NCBI RefSeq assembly: GCF_006345805.1
Contig: NC_043008.1
Coordinates: 65,410,001 to 65,474,000 of the forward strand
Direction: 5' to 3'
Source of the DNA: Octopus sinensis
Taxonomy: Eukaryota
DNA: 64,000 nucleotides
Within the stretch, counting starts at the first letter, position 1. Each line of letters opens with the position of its first letter. The position numbers were made by a program, and so were the translations under genes. Of this stretch, positions 39,686 through 53,200 are shown piece by piece. The notes beneath the pieces are model-generated. The model was given only the letters and a program-made list of their open reading frames with translations, was not told the origin of the DNA and did no database searches.

Positions 39686-40190
39686 TGAGTGAGAGAGCAG
39701 TTCATGCCATCAAAGTGACACTGGGGTAAAATATACGATGCCCAATATACCCATCATGACTACCCGTTTGATAAGGGTACACCAGGCACATGCATCACAA
39801 CCATATGTGCGCGACATGGTGATCTAATATCAAGATAAACAGCACATGACCTTGCAGGTGGGGCCCAGTTAGAATTTTCTTCGGGTTGAGTAGCCCATCC
39901 CGCTCAAAAGGTCCCTGAATAAGGGCTGTTTAAGGATGTTGAACGAAACACCGATGTTTCCAGAGGTGAATTATTCAAACCCCAAAGAATCCCTCTCAAC
40001 ACATGGCTATGATGCTCCCCCACTACTTCTGCTCGTGATCAGAGATGCACATATCGTCAGCCACTAAGGGATATGGTCACCTGGTTAAGGTCAAACAACT
40101 GACAAGCAAATCTGTTGTATTGAGCAGAATATTTCCTGTAGCCCATCTTTTATACCAAGACAAAACAATGTACATGATAACACTTCCAAT
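39686..40190 (-). mobile_element. Probable non-LTR retroposon fragment with (AAT)n tail, family unassigned
   Basis: GC-richer 500-bp block ending ..ctctctcactcaataataataat on the minus strand and bounded by (TAA)n tracts; single copy in this window. Confidence 0.45.
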
Positions 40191-40193
40191 CAG

Positions 40194-40261
<68 letters not shown>

Positions 40262-40276
40262 TATTATTATTATTAC

Positions 40277-40334
<58 letters not shown>

Positions 40335-40336
<2 letters not shown>

Positions 40337-40535
40337 GGCGGCGTCCTGGCAGAATCGTTGGCACGCTGGACGAAATGCTTTGCGGTATTTCGCCCGTTGC
40401 TACCTTCTGAGTTCAAATTCCGCTGAGGTCGACTTTGCCATTCATCCTTCGGATTCGATAAAATAAGTACCCGTTGAACACTGGGGTCGATATATTCAAC
40501 TCATCCCCACCCCTCCCATGCTGCGCTTGTGGAAA
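40335..40535 (+). mobile_element. Family A SINE between (ATT)n tracts
   Basis: aaggcggcgtcctggcagaatcgttggcacgctggacgaaatgc..gagttcaaattccgctgaggtcgactttgcc. Confidence 0.88.
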
Positions 40536-40546
40536 AAATATTACTA

Positions 40547-40612
<66 letters not shown>

Positions 40613-41079
40613 GTTATTATTGTTATTATTGCAGCGGCAAACTAATAGAATATTTAGCACACCGAACAAAAGAGAAATTGGTCGAGCACGGAAATGGAAC
40701 TATTGATACAGGTCAATTAAGAAAAATATCGAAGCCAACCCTGATCTGATCAACCTCCCAAGTGGTACACATCTATACGTTGTAGTCAATGGCAAAAGGT
40801 ACAGATTTCACACTAGTGGCGAGATAATCTACTTGAATGCTTTCTGTCCCATGAAAAAAAGAAAAGAAAACTTTTATTATTGTAAACACATCTAACACAA
40901 CAACATCAACATATAAAGTAAGAGCAGCACGGACATCTACACCAAGAGCGTCAATACCAAGTGCAGCAACATAGGAAACAACAGCATCAATAGAAGGAGC
41001 AGAAAGAGAGATCCATTCAGAAATATCAGCAGCAAGCAACGGTACCAAACCCAAGAAAAACATCACTTGCATCATAGTA

Positions 41080-41457
41080 GGAGCACTCCGTCGGTTGCGA
41101 CGACGAGGGTCCCAGCTGATACGATCAACGGAACAGCTTGCTCGTGGAATTAACGTGCAAGTTGCAGAGCATTCCACATAAACGTGTACCCTTAACGTAG
41201 TTCTCGAGGAAATTCAGCGTGACACAGTGTGTGACAAGGCTGCCCCCTTTGAAATACAGGTACAACAGAAACAGGAAGAAACAGTGAGAGACAGTTGTGG
41301 TGAAAGAGTACAGCAGGGTTCACCACCCCCTGCAGGAGCCTTGTGAAGCTTTAGGTGTTTTCGCTCAATAAACACTCACAATGCCCGGTCTGGGAATCGA
41401 AACTGCGATCCTACGACCGCGAGTCCGCTACCCTGACCACTGGGCCATTGCGCCTCC
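41080..41457 (-). mobile_element. Family C tRNA-derived SINE
   Basis: Reverse complement of ggaggcgcaatggcccagtggtcagggtagcggactcgcggtcgtaggatcgcagtttcgattcccagaccgg..; matches 55329-55693. Confidence 0.9.
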
Positions 41458-41891
41458 ACGCTTGCATCATAACAACTGAAAGAAGCTTTACCCACACCGA
41501 TCGACCATCTTCCAGTTTAGGCATGCGCAACTATCACAGATTTCTCAGACTGTGAAAACTCGTCGGGCGAAACCCAACAGAATAGATCCTGATGAAAGGA
41601 TAAGGGGGAAAATTACTATATAGAAAGTGCGTCACGAGACTGAAAACGAAGTGATTACAGAAGAGATAAAAACCAACAAACCATCACGCACTCACACACT
41701 GTACACCAGCAAAATTACAAACATCTCCATTATTACAAATACCACCAACATTACAAAGACCTCACATATGAAAACATAGCAATCCAGACCAACAATATGA
41801 AGACCACTGTCAAGATACCATCAGTTAGACGGCCATCGGCACAAACAACAACTTAAAATATATTCTAAAAGTCACAGACGTTATGTTAAGT

Positions 41892-42082
41892 CAGAGGTCT
41901 CCAAACTTTTTAGAACATCGACCCTTCATAGAATCCTGGAGCTTTCACTGACCACCAGGAATGTACACGAAATTAAATAAATAATAATGATAATTAAGTA
42001 GATGTGCATTTATTGACCCATTCAATAGTCGCATCGACCTCCACCCCTGGGGATCGATATCGACCACTTTGGAGAGCCCCTG
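41892..42082. mobile_element. hAT-type MITE (191 bp)
   Basis: Termini cagaggtctccaaact and ctttggagagcccctg (CAGGGG-type TIRs) with subterminal atcgacc motifs; no clear 8-bp TSD. Confidence 0.6.
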
Positions 42083-42452
42083 AGTTTAAAAAGCTAGATA
42101 ACAGTTTTACGACAAACTGAAAGCAAAATATCTCAAACGAATGGGAGATTTCTGTGAGAGTATAAACAAAAGACTCTGCAAAGAAATATTTGTGGAGACA
42201 TCCACAAATATCCAGAAGTTAGAACACTGAAATAGGGTAAGCTATTCTATTCATTACCGTTTTCAATGATATGTACGGCCTTACTCAGAACAGATAGTAT
42301 AAATGTATGCAGTCTGCGGTCCCCTTGGAAACAGAGCCACCTACTGAATGACCACAGTTCACTAAATTTAGATGTTGTGGCTATAAGTTAGTTGAGACTT
42401 TTCAATTGATAAACTTTCATACCCAATTTAGCTGAATACTAGATTTACTTAC

Positions 42453-42570
42453 CTTAATGTCAACTGGGAATGGTGGGGCTATGGAACTGCGATGTTGTTC
42501 CGGAAAGATCAGGATCACGAATCTCAAGATAAGGGCCATATTCTTGGGACCAAAGGGGAATTTGATGGTC
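42453..42570 (-). CDS. Candidate internal exon C (118 nt, phase 2 to 0)
   Basis: cctgttcccatccag|G..AAG|gtaagt; the only frame open to the donor reads TIKFPFGPKNMALILRFVILIFPEQHRSSIAPPFPVDIK. Confidence 0.4.
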
Positions 42571-42919
42571 CTGGATGGGAACAGGTCTTGATTTTTGAAT
42601 CAGTCATTGTGTGGCTCTTCTCTGTTTCTTCTCATGATATTTTTAAACGTCCCGTGTTTTTTTATTTTTTTTTACTCATCAACACTTGTTTTTCCTTTAT
42701 TTTGTGAGGTCAGTAGCAATTTCCAGATGAAATGTACCAACCCTATTTCCTATTACCGAATTAATATGCTGGAAAGTAAGCTGGATGTTGCAATGGTTTC
42801 ATCATTGGCTAGATTTTGTCCTTTCCACCTGTAGACGACTTTCACCATCATTTTGAACTTCCGTTTGAAGCGTACACAATCATGTTTTTCAGCATTACTA
42901 ATATATCTATCCATCAATG

Positions 42920-43005
<86 letters not shown>

Positions 43006-43074
43006 ATATATACACACATATATATATATGTATATATATATCTATGTATATATATATGTATATATATATATGTA

Positions 43075-43169
<95 letters not shown>

Positions 43170-43734
43170 CACCACATATATATTATACACACACGTGTGT
43201 GCGTGCATGTGCTAGGGTGTGGGAGTGGCGTGTGTGTATTTATACAACCGTGCTTTTATATTCACGTTAGGAAATTGAATGAATTATTGTGGAACACTTT
43301 CCAACATAAACGTGTATGAAATGAATGTGTGAGTATAGTTATAGTTGTCTCTATGTATATGTCTGTGTGTCACCAGCTGTTCGTAGTTCGGTTGCTTCTG
43401 TTGTTTAAATTGAAGAAAAAATGTTAAATGAATGAAAAAAAAAAAAACTACGAATTTCTAATTTGAATTTTTGGCTGAAACTGAAGTGAATTGTGACAAT
43501 ATTATGAGGTGTGACCGTGTAGTGTTTCGGTGAAGTGCTCTTAATTAGTTATAATGTACAGCTTTGGCAGAGGTTACGGTGATTAAAAGCTTCCTGGAAC
43601 ATAGTTTGGCTTGTAATACGTAGTCATGTACAACAGCGACATAAATATTCGTCAACAAATTCATTTCTGGCAACATTGCCATACCAGAATGATGCATAGC
43701 CGTTATAATCACCCTAACACCAATGCCAACACCA

Positions 43735-44100
43735 CCATCGTCTGTACTATTTTCATCGTCATCGTTGTCTTGTTCGTTGTCGTCCTCGTCATCATTTTCA
43801 TCATGGTAGTCGTCATCATCAACCATCCTATACATCATCATCATCATCATCATCATCCTCATCACTCTCGTCGTCGTTGTCGTCGTCATCACGATTGTCT
43901 TCTTCATCGTCTCATCATCAACGCCCTTGACATCACCGTCATCATCGGTAGCAGCAGTACCATCACTACCACCTCCACAATTATTACCGTCTTCTCCACC
44001 TTTGTCATCCATTTTGTTATTGCCACTGTTGTTGTTGTTGTTGCTGTTGTTGTTGTTGTTGTTGTTGTTGTCACCATAATGAAAACAACAACAACACACA
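43735..44100. repeat. (CAT/CGT/GTT)n triplet mosaic
   Basis: Seen directly. Confidence 0.85.
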
Positions 44101-44109
44101 CAGAATCAA

Positions 44110-44186
44110 CTTCTCCATTATCTGTCAAGGCGTAATTATCATGTCTTTCTGAAATGATAATTAAGTCTTGACAGATAATGGAGAAG
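44110..44186. ncRNA. Near-perfect 33-bp hairpin (pre-miRNA-like or tiny MITE)
   Basis: Arm cttctccattatctgtcaaggcgtaattatcat, 11-nt loop, arm atgataattaagtcttgacagataatggagaag; one G-U pair and one G-A mismatch on the + strand. Confidence 0.35.
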
Positions 44187-44270
44187 CATCACTTTCATCT
44201 CTGGCTTTACTGAAGTAGTAAGTAGACGTACAAAGGGATGTGTGTCAGGTGACGGGGATGTTCTGTCACT

Positions 44271-44301
<31 letters not shown>

Positions 44302-44492
44302 CGAGAGAGAGGGAGAGAGAGTCTGTGTGTGTATGTACATCCGTCTATACATATAACTATATATATGAATATGCATATATATATATATACATATACGCAT
44401 TTATATATATATGTGTATATATATATATAATTATATATACATACATGTATATATATATACATATAATATATAAATATACATATATATACATA

Positions 44493-44540
<48 letters not shown>

Positions 44541-45762
44541 TTATATATTTGTGACAAGGGAAGAACGACGCGCATACACACATACATGCACACATACGGT
44601 TGTGTTTTTGCTTTTTGCTTTTTGCACTTCATTTTTTTCTTTTCAGCTTTTTATTGGCTTCTTTGTGCTTTATTTCTTTATTTCACTTTTGTATTTCTTC
44701 TCTACATGTGTCATCCATTACCATTCCCACTTCGTTTGTCACACACTATGGCAACCCATACGACCTCCTGCTCTATTTCCTCTCGCATACTTATCCTCGT
44801 CTCTTTCCTGGTCTTCCAATTTTTCCTCCTTCACATTCTTCCTTGTTTGTTGTTTTTTCCCATTTTTTGAAGTAAAATTTCGAACTCCTGTTTTGTTTTC
44901 TTCTTTATCCTATGCTTATATATATATATATGTGTGTGTGTGTTTGTGTGTGTGTGCGTATGTATGTATGTATGTATGTATGTACGTATGTGTGTATGCA
45001 TGTATGAATGTATATATGTATTTACATTGTTTCCCTCACTCCAGCCAAATGCAGTTGCTCCTCGTACCTCTGATTAATTCTCTTCCTTTTAGTTTTATTT
45101 TTCATTCTGTGATCTTCCTCCTCAGCCCCTGTGTAGCCGTTCCCTCGCCCTTTCTTTTTTTCTTCCCTTTCATTCTTTTATTCTATCTACTCAATTTTTC
45201 ATGTCAACGTTTCTTCCTTTCCCATTTTTATTCCCTTATCATCACTTTCTACCACACCTGTCATTGCTTTCCTTCTCCACCGTCATTCACTGCCTTCCAC
45301 CCTCTTTTCCTATTTCAGTTGTGAATCACACAGTAAACCCTCGCTTGTATGAAGTACCGATGAGCATATCTTCACTACATCTAATTTTTGATGATTGACG
45401 TTGTCAAACATTAAGATATGGTGGACAACGAAAATATGCAACATCTAGCCACCGATTCGTTACAGCAACATGCAGGAAACAACATTGCATGGCAATGAGG
45501 TGCAAGAACAAGGCACCTGCTATTAAATACTTCTTTGCAATAGGATTAACCAAAATGCCTGAAAGTTGTGGAAATGATTTGAGTAAAATTGGTAGAGAGT
45601 GGGCGTAATGATGAAAAGGAAGAAAAGAAAGTTAAAACAGAGATAGAAATATCGGTGATACAAATAGAGAGACAAAACTGTCATCTACAAATGATTAACG
45701 AATAAGATTTTCCAAGATAAGTATAGCAAGCACACAGTAATTTCCTGGGACTCAGAACGTAC

Positions 45763-45887
45763 ATTTTCAGTAGATAAGTTTTTACTATATGTTCCGGATA
45801 TTTTCCCACAAATTGGAGTCCTTGATGGGTAGCTTTCCCAGGTAGATCAACGGCTAAGTTGTTCAAAATTTGTCTTGTACTCAGAAT
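45763..45887 (-). CDS. Candidate internal exon B (125 nt, phase 0 to 2)
   Basis: tttattcaagctatttag|ATT..AAT|gtacgt; ILSTRQILNNLAVDLPGKATHQGLQFVGKYPEHIVKTYLLK(M). Confidence 0.45.
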
Positions 45888-45914
45888 CTAAATAGCTTGA
45901 ATAAATATTGGTTT

Positions 45915-46110
45915 TAAATTTTGACATAACAATTGGAGAATGGGGTAATAGATTAGATCGGCAGCAGTGTTAAAATGCTACTTATTTTATCGAGTCTGAA
46001 AGGATGAAAAGCAAAATCGACCTCGGCAACATTTGTACTCCGGACATAAAGACTATTTTCGCTAAACATTTTGCCCGGCACGGTTACGGTTTTTCCAGCT
46101 CTCTGCCTTA
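45915..46110 (-). mobile_element. Family A SINE (degenerate)
   Basis: ttatcgagtctgaaaggatgaaaagcaaaatcgacctcggc..cgctaaacattttgcccggc. Confidence 0.7.
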
Positions 46111-47251
46111 GTTATGAGAAACATTGCAAGAAATGTTGTGTGACCAATTAAAGATTTTAGCCATTGTCCAAGGAGAGTGATAGTAACAAAAATTGTGTTA
46201 CTAAAATCAAAGGAAACTGAGAGAAAGGGCCAGAAGATGTAAAAAGAGAAAAGAAGATATCTTTTCCTTTTTAATTAAATTAATTTCTCGAAGAGTTTAT
46301 TCAGCTGTGAGGTGGTAGAGATAAAATTGATTGTAAGCGCTACATTAATAGCTCTTCTATCATTGCCGGCTATGACACAGAAAGACAAAATCTCAGATCT
46401 TCAAATTCACAAGACACAACTGATTGAACTACTGCTTACGTTGTATGTCATTCAGCGATAATTCTATTAATCATATTATTTTGGTATGCCGTTGGCAGAA
46501 TACAAACTGTAAACAGTCTTGCTAGTTGATTGATAACTTATTCACACAGTAATCTGCAGCTTTTAGAAGGTGAGTACAACACATAGACCCTTTTAATTAC
46601 CAACGGTATTATGGATTCATATTATGGATTCATTTCTCACTGCCACAGTTTAAGTTTTCAGCACAAGGTTTGCCACGCCCAACTTATATACAAACACATA
46701 CACTCACACACACACACACATGTACACACAATTTTAAAATTGGACAGCTATTATATCCCCATACCCATTCTATGCCCCCTACAACACAACGACCTTACAG
46801 ATATTTCATATACCATCGATTGTCCGGTCTTTCTTCAATGGGTAATAACTCTAAATGCATTTCCCTCTGAAATTCTACCGCGAAGTTATTAGTTCCGATG
46901 TTTGGCATTACTCACAAACCGGACCTAAGACTTCATGACACTCATTAGCAGAAAGCCGTAACTATATTCTTCATACTAGCTTATCTGATAAGTGCTGAAA
47001 TTGGGTTGTCCCTTAACATTCATAAGCGAAACTGATTGGTAAATTTCATAAAACAAATGGCTGCAATTGATGTTGTATTGTCTATGTTAGAACGATCTAC
47101 ATATAATTTGTGGTCTAAGTTGAAGTTTATCTCATCAGAGAAGAACAAATACAGTTCATGTTCGTGAAGGTTTCAACTTTGTCTAGTAACCGCTTAGCAA
47201 AGGCCAAACGGTTTTCTGGTGTCTTTACAGTCATGGAATCGCGTCTTTTAA

Positions 47252-47282
<31 letters not shown>

Positions 47283-47286
<4 letters not shown>

Positions 47287-47687
47287 CTCTTTTACTTGTT
47301 TCAATCATTTGACTGCGGCCATGCTGCAGCACCGCCTTTAATCTAGCAACTCGACCCCGGGATTTATTCTTTTGTAGGCCCAATACTTATTCAATCGGTC
47401 TCTTTTGTCAAACCGCTAAGTAACGGGGACATAAACACTCCAGCATCGGTTGTCAAGCAATGCTAGAGGTACAAACACAGACACACAAACATATAAACAC
47501 ACATACATATATATACATATATACGACGGGCTTCTTTCGGTTTCCGTCTACCAAATCCACTCACAAGGCTTTGGTCGGCTCGAGGCTATAGTAGAAGACA
47601 CCTGCCCAAGGTGCCACGCAGTGAGACTGAACCCGGAACCGTGTGGTTGGTAAACAAGCTACTTACCACACAGCCACTCCTGCGCCT
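47283..47687 (-). mobile_element. Family B SINE
   Basis: Homologous to 10119-10532. Confidence 0.9.
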
Positions 47688-47714
47688 ATATAAATATATT
47701 TATATATATATACG

Positions 47715-48030
47715 TGTTGTATCGAATGACCCTATTCACCACAGTTCTGATAGTCCACTCATAAATCTGAAAGTCTTCGTGGTTGGTCCTCATTATTTTT
47801 CCGGGTACATCATTGACTAGGTTGCGAACCCGTTGTATTAAATGTGGTACCTTTATAGTGTCTGAACGTTTAGAGCATTTTCCTCTTTGATGCAGTTGGA
47901 ACACTCCCGCCAAATACTTCTCATTACCACCGAACATATTATGTAAAAGATCTTGCAACATTTAGATAGTTGGTAATTTCATTTTCATTTCTTGTGCTAA
48001 TATTTTATCTGCCGGGGCAAATATGAAAGA
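47715..48030 (-). mobile_element. maT/DD37D-like (Tc1/mariner) transposase N-terminal fragment
   Basis: NEITNYLNVARSF (frameshift) ..CSKRSDTIKVPHLIQRVRNLVNDVPGKIMR..YEWTIRTVVNRVIRYNTY resembles the maT HTH region (KRSD.IR..PGKSMR..TIR..V...RY.SY). Confidence 0.55.
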
Positions 48031-48296
48031 AATAAAAGAAGTTACTTGATTGGCTGACGGGAGTATTATATTGATAATTACGTGTCCTTACATATCCCTC
48101 GCAAACTCTGCGTGTGTGTATGTCTCTATTTTATGCTTCCCTGTTTTTATTTCTGCTTCAATAATGACATATTTGTTCTTATATATTTGCGAGGTATTTC
48201 TATATTTACATATACATATGTGTATAAACACATACACACATATACACGCACATATATAAAAATAGAAAGAGAGATGCGTGAACATGTATGTGTGTA

Positions 48297-48352
<56 letters not shown>

Positions 48353-48523
48353 CTGTACGTATTTGTAAAACTGTCTTTCGCTTCAACTCACACAGAATTA
48401 TTCAAACTGAAACACACTCACGTGCAGGCAGATAGTTGTGTACGTAACTATGCAACTATGCGTATATATATCTGTTTAAAAACAAATATGGATGCATGCT
48501 TTCATATACATATATATATAACA

Positions 48524-48591
<68 letters not shown>

Positions 48592-48610
48592 TATATATAA
48601 TATATATATA

Positions 48611-48681
<71 letters not shown>

Positions 48682-50193
48682 TGAAAGCATGCATCGATAC
48701 TTGTACATGTGTATGTTGTGTATGTGTACCTATATAATCATATATATATTTAGGTATGTCTGTGTATGAATATATATACACTGGATTACTTCAATATAGG
48801 TAAACTCAGTTGCTTTGTGAGTCAAGTATTGCTAATCTTTTGATAGGCTAGCAATTTCATTTACTCTACTTTTCCCAATTTTTTTGTTGCCATTTTACCA
48901 TTTCCTCCTGATATTCATGGCACTATTATTCGATAACAATTTCCTTAATGAATACACCCGACAGGTGGGCCAACTGACTTCAACTACCTTAATGAGAATT
49001 TTTCTGTTGCACTTCAATGAAAATTCTTTACATTCAAATTTCAGCAACGAAGTAAAATCCTTCCTAAATCGAATGGCAATATTAAATACTGACTCTTAAT
49101 ACACTCATACCCTCCCTCTCGTGTGTGACAGTGAGGTTAGTGTGTTTATATATCTCTATTTGCCAAGTTCATGCTATTTTTATTCGAATATGTCATCAAT
49201 AATTGCAGGTGTATCATAAATGTGTATTTATATTATATACATCTTATTCTAAGGTAGGCGGTTTTTTTGGTAAGATACGGCTATGCTGGAGCATTTCATC
49301 ATATAATGAATCTTGTTTTGTTTGCTGTTTATATTATAGTTCACCATTTTCAATATTTGCATAATTTTGTTTGTTGTTGTTCTCTGTCACGAGGCTGTAA
49401 AGGCTACTGTTAATGATGTCAACGTTTTTCTGTTCGCCACCGACTAAGATTGGGAAGATCCATTATAAAAGTCTTTTAAACGAAAATTGTTCCATGTTCT
49501 TTTTGAATGAGCCCCTTGTACCATAAAGGGAAATTTTTGGATGGCCACTTGTATCATAAAGGGAGCCTCTTAAATGAGCCCCCTGTATCATAAAGCGAAA
49601 TATGTGGATGGCCCGGGTTCCAACGATTATTTTACATGCATACATACACACACACATACACACATGCATACGTATATATATATATGCAGAGTCAACATGG
49701 TGAGTGTTTCTCAGAAAACAGGTGACACTCGTGCGTTTTTGGTGGTCGTTCGATATGGCAGGACTGAAGAACCTGAATGGTACATTATTCTTCGACCAGG
49801 AGAAATGAGAGACAAAACTGACTTCAGCCAGTTTCTAACTTAAGATGGAAAGAACCGGAATAAGTATGGCATGGCATTCTCCTCGGCACTTTAACGACCC
49901 TGCCAATTCGTTGCCTATGTCCACTATACTGGCGTCCCTCAAATTTGGAGCTTTCTGATTTGGAGCTTTAAATGTTATCAACTTGGTCCTGAGATCAATG
50001 AATTTGCGGCTTTTATGGAGACTTTTAAGACTTAGTTTTGCCTCTTTATGGTTGTGTTCGAATATTGCCTAGATCGACTTGAATTTTATCCTTCCCCGAA
50101 TAATAAAACAAGATAAAACGTCAAATATATTTGAATATTATCAACTTATTAGAAAATGTATGGTCATATTCGTATGCAGTGGGGAACACTCAC

Positions 50194-50306
50194 CTGGCTC
50201 ATCTCCAAGAGAGCCAAGTTACATTCTCTGCGATTGTAAAAGATCGAAACCATATCTCTATATTCATATCCTATTGTCACAAAAAAACTTTTAGCATAAG
50301 GAATAT
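50194..50306 (-). CDS. Candidate internal exon A (113 nt, phase 1 to 0)
   Basis: ttgttctctctttttattttgggcttag|AT..CAG|gtgagt; IPYAKSFFVTIGYEYRDMVSIFYNRRECNLALLEMSQ. Confidence 0.5.
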
Positions 50307-51308
50307 CTAAGCCCAAAATAAAAAGAGAGAACAATTGATGGTCTCAGCAGTAATGCTGAACGAATACTGAAAGCCTCGGTTGGAGGAATGTATATATTCT
50401 ACATAATCAATCGACTGAGACTTTACATGAATACCTATTTGATGACAGTTGGCTGGGCATGGTTTAAAAACCAAGAACAACAAAGATTGTTGCATTTTAT
50501 TATGACTTTTTACTTTCAGTGTTAAATCTATATGGAGTGAATGCTGGCATCCATCCTCATGAGATCGATAAAATAAAAACCAAACACGAACTGAACTAAA
50601 TGCACCAAAATCTGTAGATGTCGCTATGTTTGAAATCAATAATATTGATATTTTGGTAAGGTATTTGTTTAGTAAATGAACTGATCTGAAACTTTGTGGT
50701 CAAACTACACAAACAGACATTCAATCACTTAAAGAACTCCCACAATCCATTATACATAATGTTTATTTAAGAGGCGTATGGGATATTAATCTGTAAAATT
50801 TTAACCGCACTTCTGCGGCGTAGGCTCTCATGATACTCCCATGCGTTAGAACTGAATCAATACCAAGGTCGTACAAGTGAGGTGAAATTTTTTGACATAA
50901 TAATATACCGTAAGGAATTTATCGGAAAGGGAGTAAAACAGTGGTTTATTGTGTCCTATTGCTAACTGGTTAATTTTCTGTGAAAAATTAGTATTGACTT
51001 TTAAAAGGAAGTTAACAGATTTGGGTATGACATTGACATCGGAAGGATGGTTAGATAAGTTTGATATCGGCCGGATTCTAAAGTAGATTGTACTAGGACG
51101 TAACTAAGTAATGCAAACTATGTGGAGTTTTATTGTCAATTGTGTAATTGTTTAAATTTCGTTTGTTTATATCAGCACATATTTTATTAATGATTTCATT
51201 AAGGCATATGTGGAATGAAATGATTTCGATTTGCACTGTAGCACATGGAATCAAGCTAATATGTGAACAGATGGACAACTGAGTACGCTTATGTGTGTGT
51301 GTATATAT

Positions 51309-51350
<42 letters not shown>

Positions 51351-51353
<3 letters not shown>

Positions 51354-52215
51354 TCAATATAAAATAGTGTACATTTAAACACAGGAGAAAACTACCTTTA
51401 ACAGGTAATTTTCACAGGGTAGAAGAAGCAGTCAAAACGACCAAAACCACATTTAAGTGCAATTTTCGAAGGGAATGAAAAATAAAAACTTTTCCTCTGT
51501 TATTTTTTGCGGTTATACCTAGGTTTCAAATTTATTTAGCAAATAAAACGAGTTGCTAGGCGAATTCTCGGAGAGAGAGAGAGAGATAGAGAGAAATAGA
51601 GAGTGAGAGAGAGCCAGAAAGAAAAACAGAGACAGACAGAGAACCATAAACTTATAAAGATATATACATACAAAGTGACCCAGAAACGGTGAAAGGCAAT
51701 GTAGAAATCAGCGGAATTTGAACGCAAAATATAAAGCCCTGATAACATGCCAATAAGCGTTTTGGACCACATGCTAACGATTCTCTCAACTCATGCACCT
51801 CTTTTAAAGAATAAATATTAAATTGTATAAATGTTCTCTTCAGAGAGGCGGAAGGGCAAAGATAGCGGTTGGAGGAATAGAAAGAGGTATTTTTTTCAAA
51901 TCTGTTATATGTTTTATTTAGAGAAATTTTGCTATGAGGAGGAATATTCAAATATTTACACGAACAAAACTCGCTTTAACAACATTGAAATGCTACAAAT
52001 ATTACAGATAGAGAAATTCTGAAATTTGAAAATATTTAATAATCTTTAATACTAAATAAATTTACTCCTTTTAGGAAATTTATTCATGGCTTCATAGAAT
52101 TTTCATATATATTTTGTCATTATATATGCCTTATATACATATACACACACACATATATATATATATATATATCGGCGTAGGTGTGTAATATACTATACAT
52201 ATACATACATACATA

Positions 52216-52272
<57 letters not shown>

Positions 52273-53143
52273 ATATACTCAATATAAAATAGTGTACATT
52301 TAAACACAGGAGAAAACTACCTTTAACAGGTAATTTTCACAGGGTAGAAGAAGCAGTCAAAACGACCAAAACCACATTTAAGTGCAATTTTCGAAGGGAA
52401 TGAAAAATAAAAACTTTTCCTCTGTTATTTTTTGCGGTTATACCTAGGTTTCAAATTTATTTAGCAAATAAAACGAGTTGCTAGGCGAATTCTCGGAGAG
52501 AGAGAGAGAGATAGAGAGAAATAGAGAGTGAGAGAGAGAGCCAGAAAAAAACAGAGACAGACAGAGAACCATAAACTTATAAAGATATTACATACAAAGT
52601 GACCCAGAAACGTGAAAGGCAATGTAGAATCATCAGCGGAATTTGAACGCAAAATATAAAGCCCTGATAACATGCCAATAAGCGTTTTGGACCACATGCT
52701 AACGATTCTCTCAACTCATGCACCTCTTTTAAAGAATAAATATTAAATTGTATAAATGTTTCTCAGAGAGGCGGAAGGGCAAAGATAGCGGTGGAGGAAT
52801 AGAAAGAGGTATTTTTTTCAAATCTGTTATATGTTTTATTTAGAGAAATTTTGCTATGAGGAGGAATATTCAAATATTTACACGAACAAAACTCGCTTTA
52901 ACAACATTGAAATGCTACAAATATTACAGATAGAGAAATTCTGAAATTTGAAAATATTTAATAATCTTTAATACTAAATAAATTTACTCCTTTTAGGAAA
53001 TTTATTCATGGCTTCATAGAATTTTCATATATATTTTGTCATTATATATGCCTTATATACATATACACACACACATATATATATATATATCGGCGTAGGT
53101 GTGTAATATACTATACATATACATACATACATACATACATACA

Positions 53144-53191
<48 letters not shown>

Positions 53192-53200
53192 ATATATATA
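51351..53200. repeat. ~925-bp tandem duplication (two units, bounded by (TA)n/(TACA)n)
   Basis: tactcaatataaaatagtg at 51351 and 52276; the units are near-identical and differ mostly by short indels. Confidence 0.95.

Noticed and set aside
40773-41177. 134-aa minus-strand ORF
   Set aside because: It starts inside a SINE and continues through decayed CA/CAA-rich low-complexity sequence.
41555-41612. cgaaac...ctgatgaaagg as a type II/III hammerhead
   Set aside because: No NUH triplet with consistent stems I and III.
46799-46866. 68-nt minus-strand exon candidate (REMHLELLPIEERPDNRWYMKY)
   Set aside because: Weak acceptor with a competing upstream AG; its phase-2 end does not join exon B.
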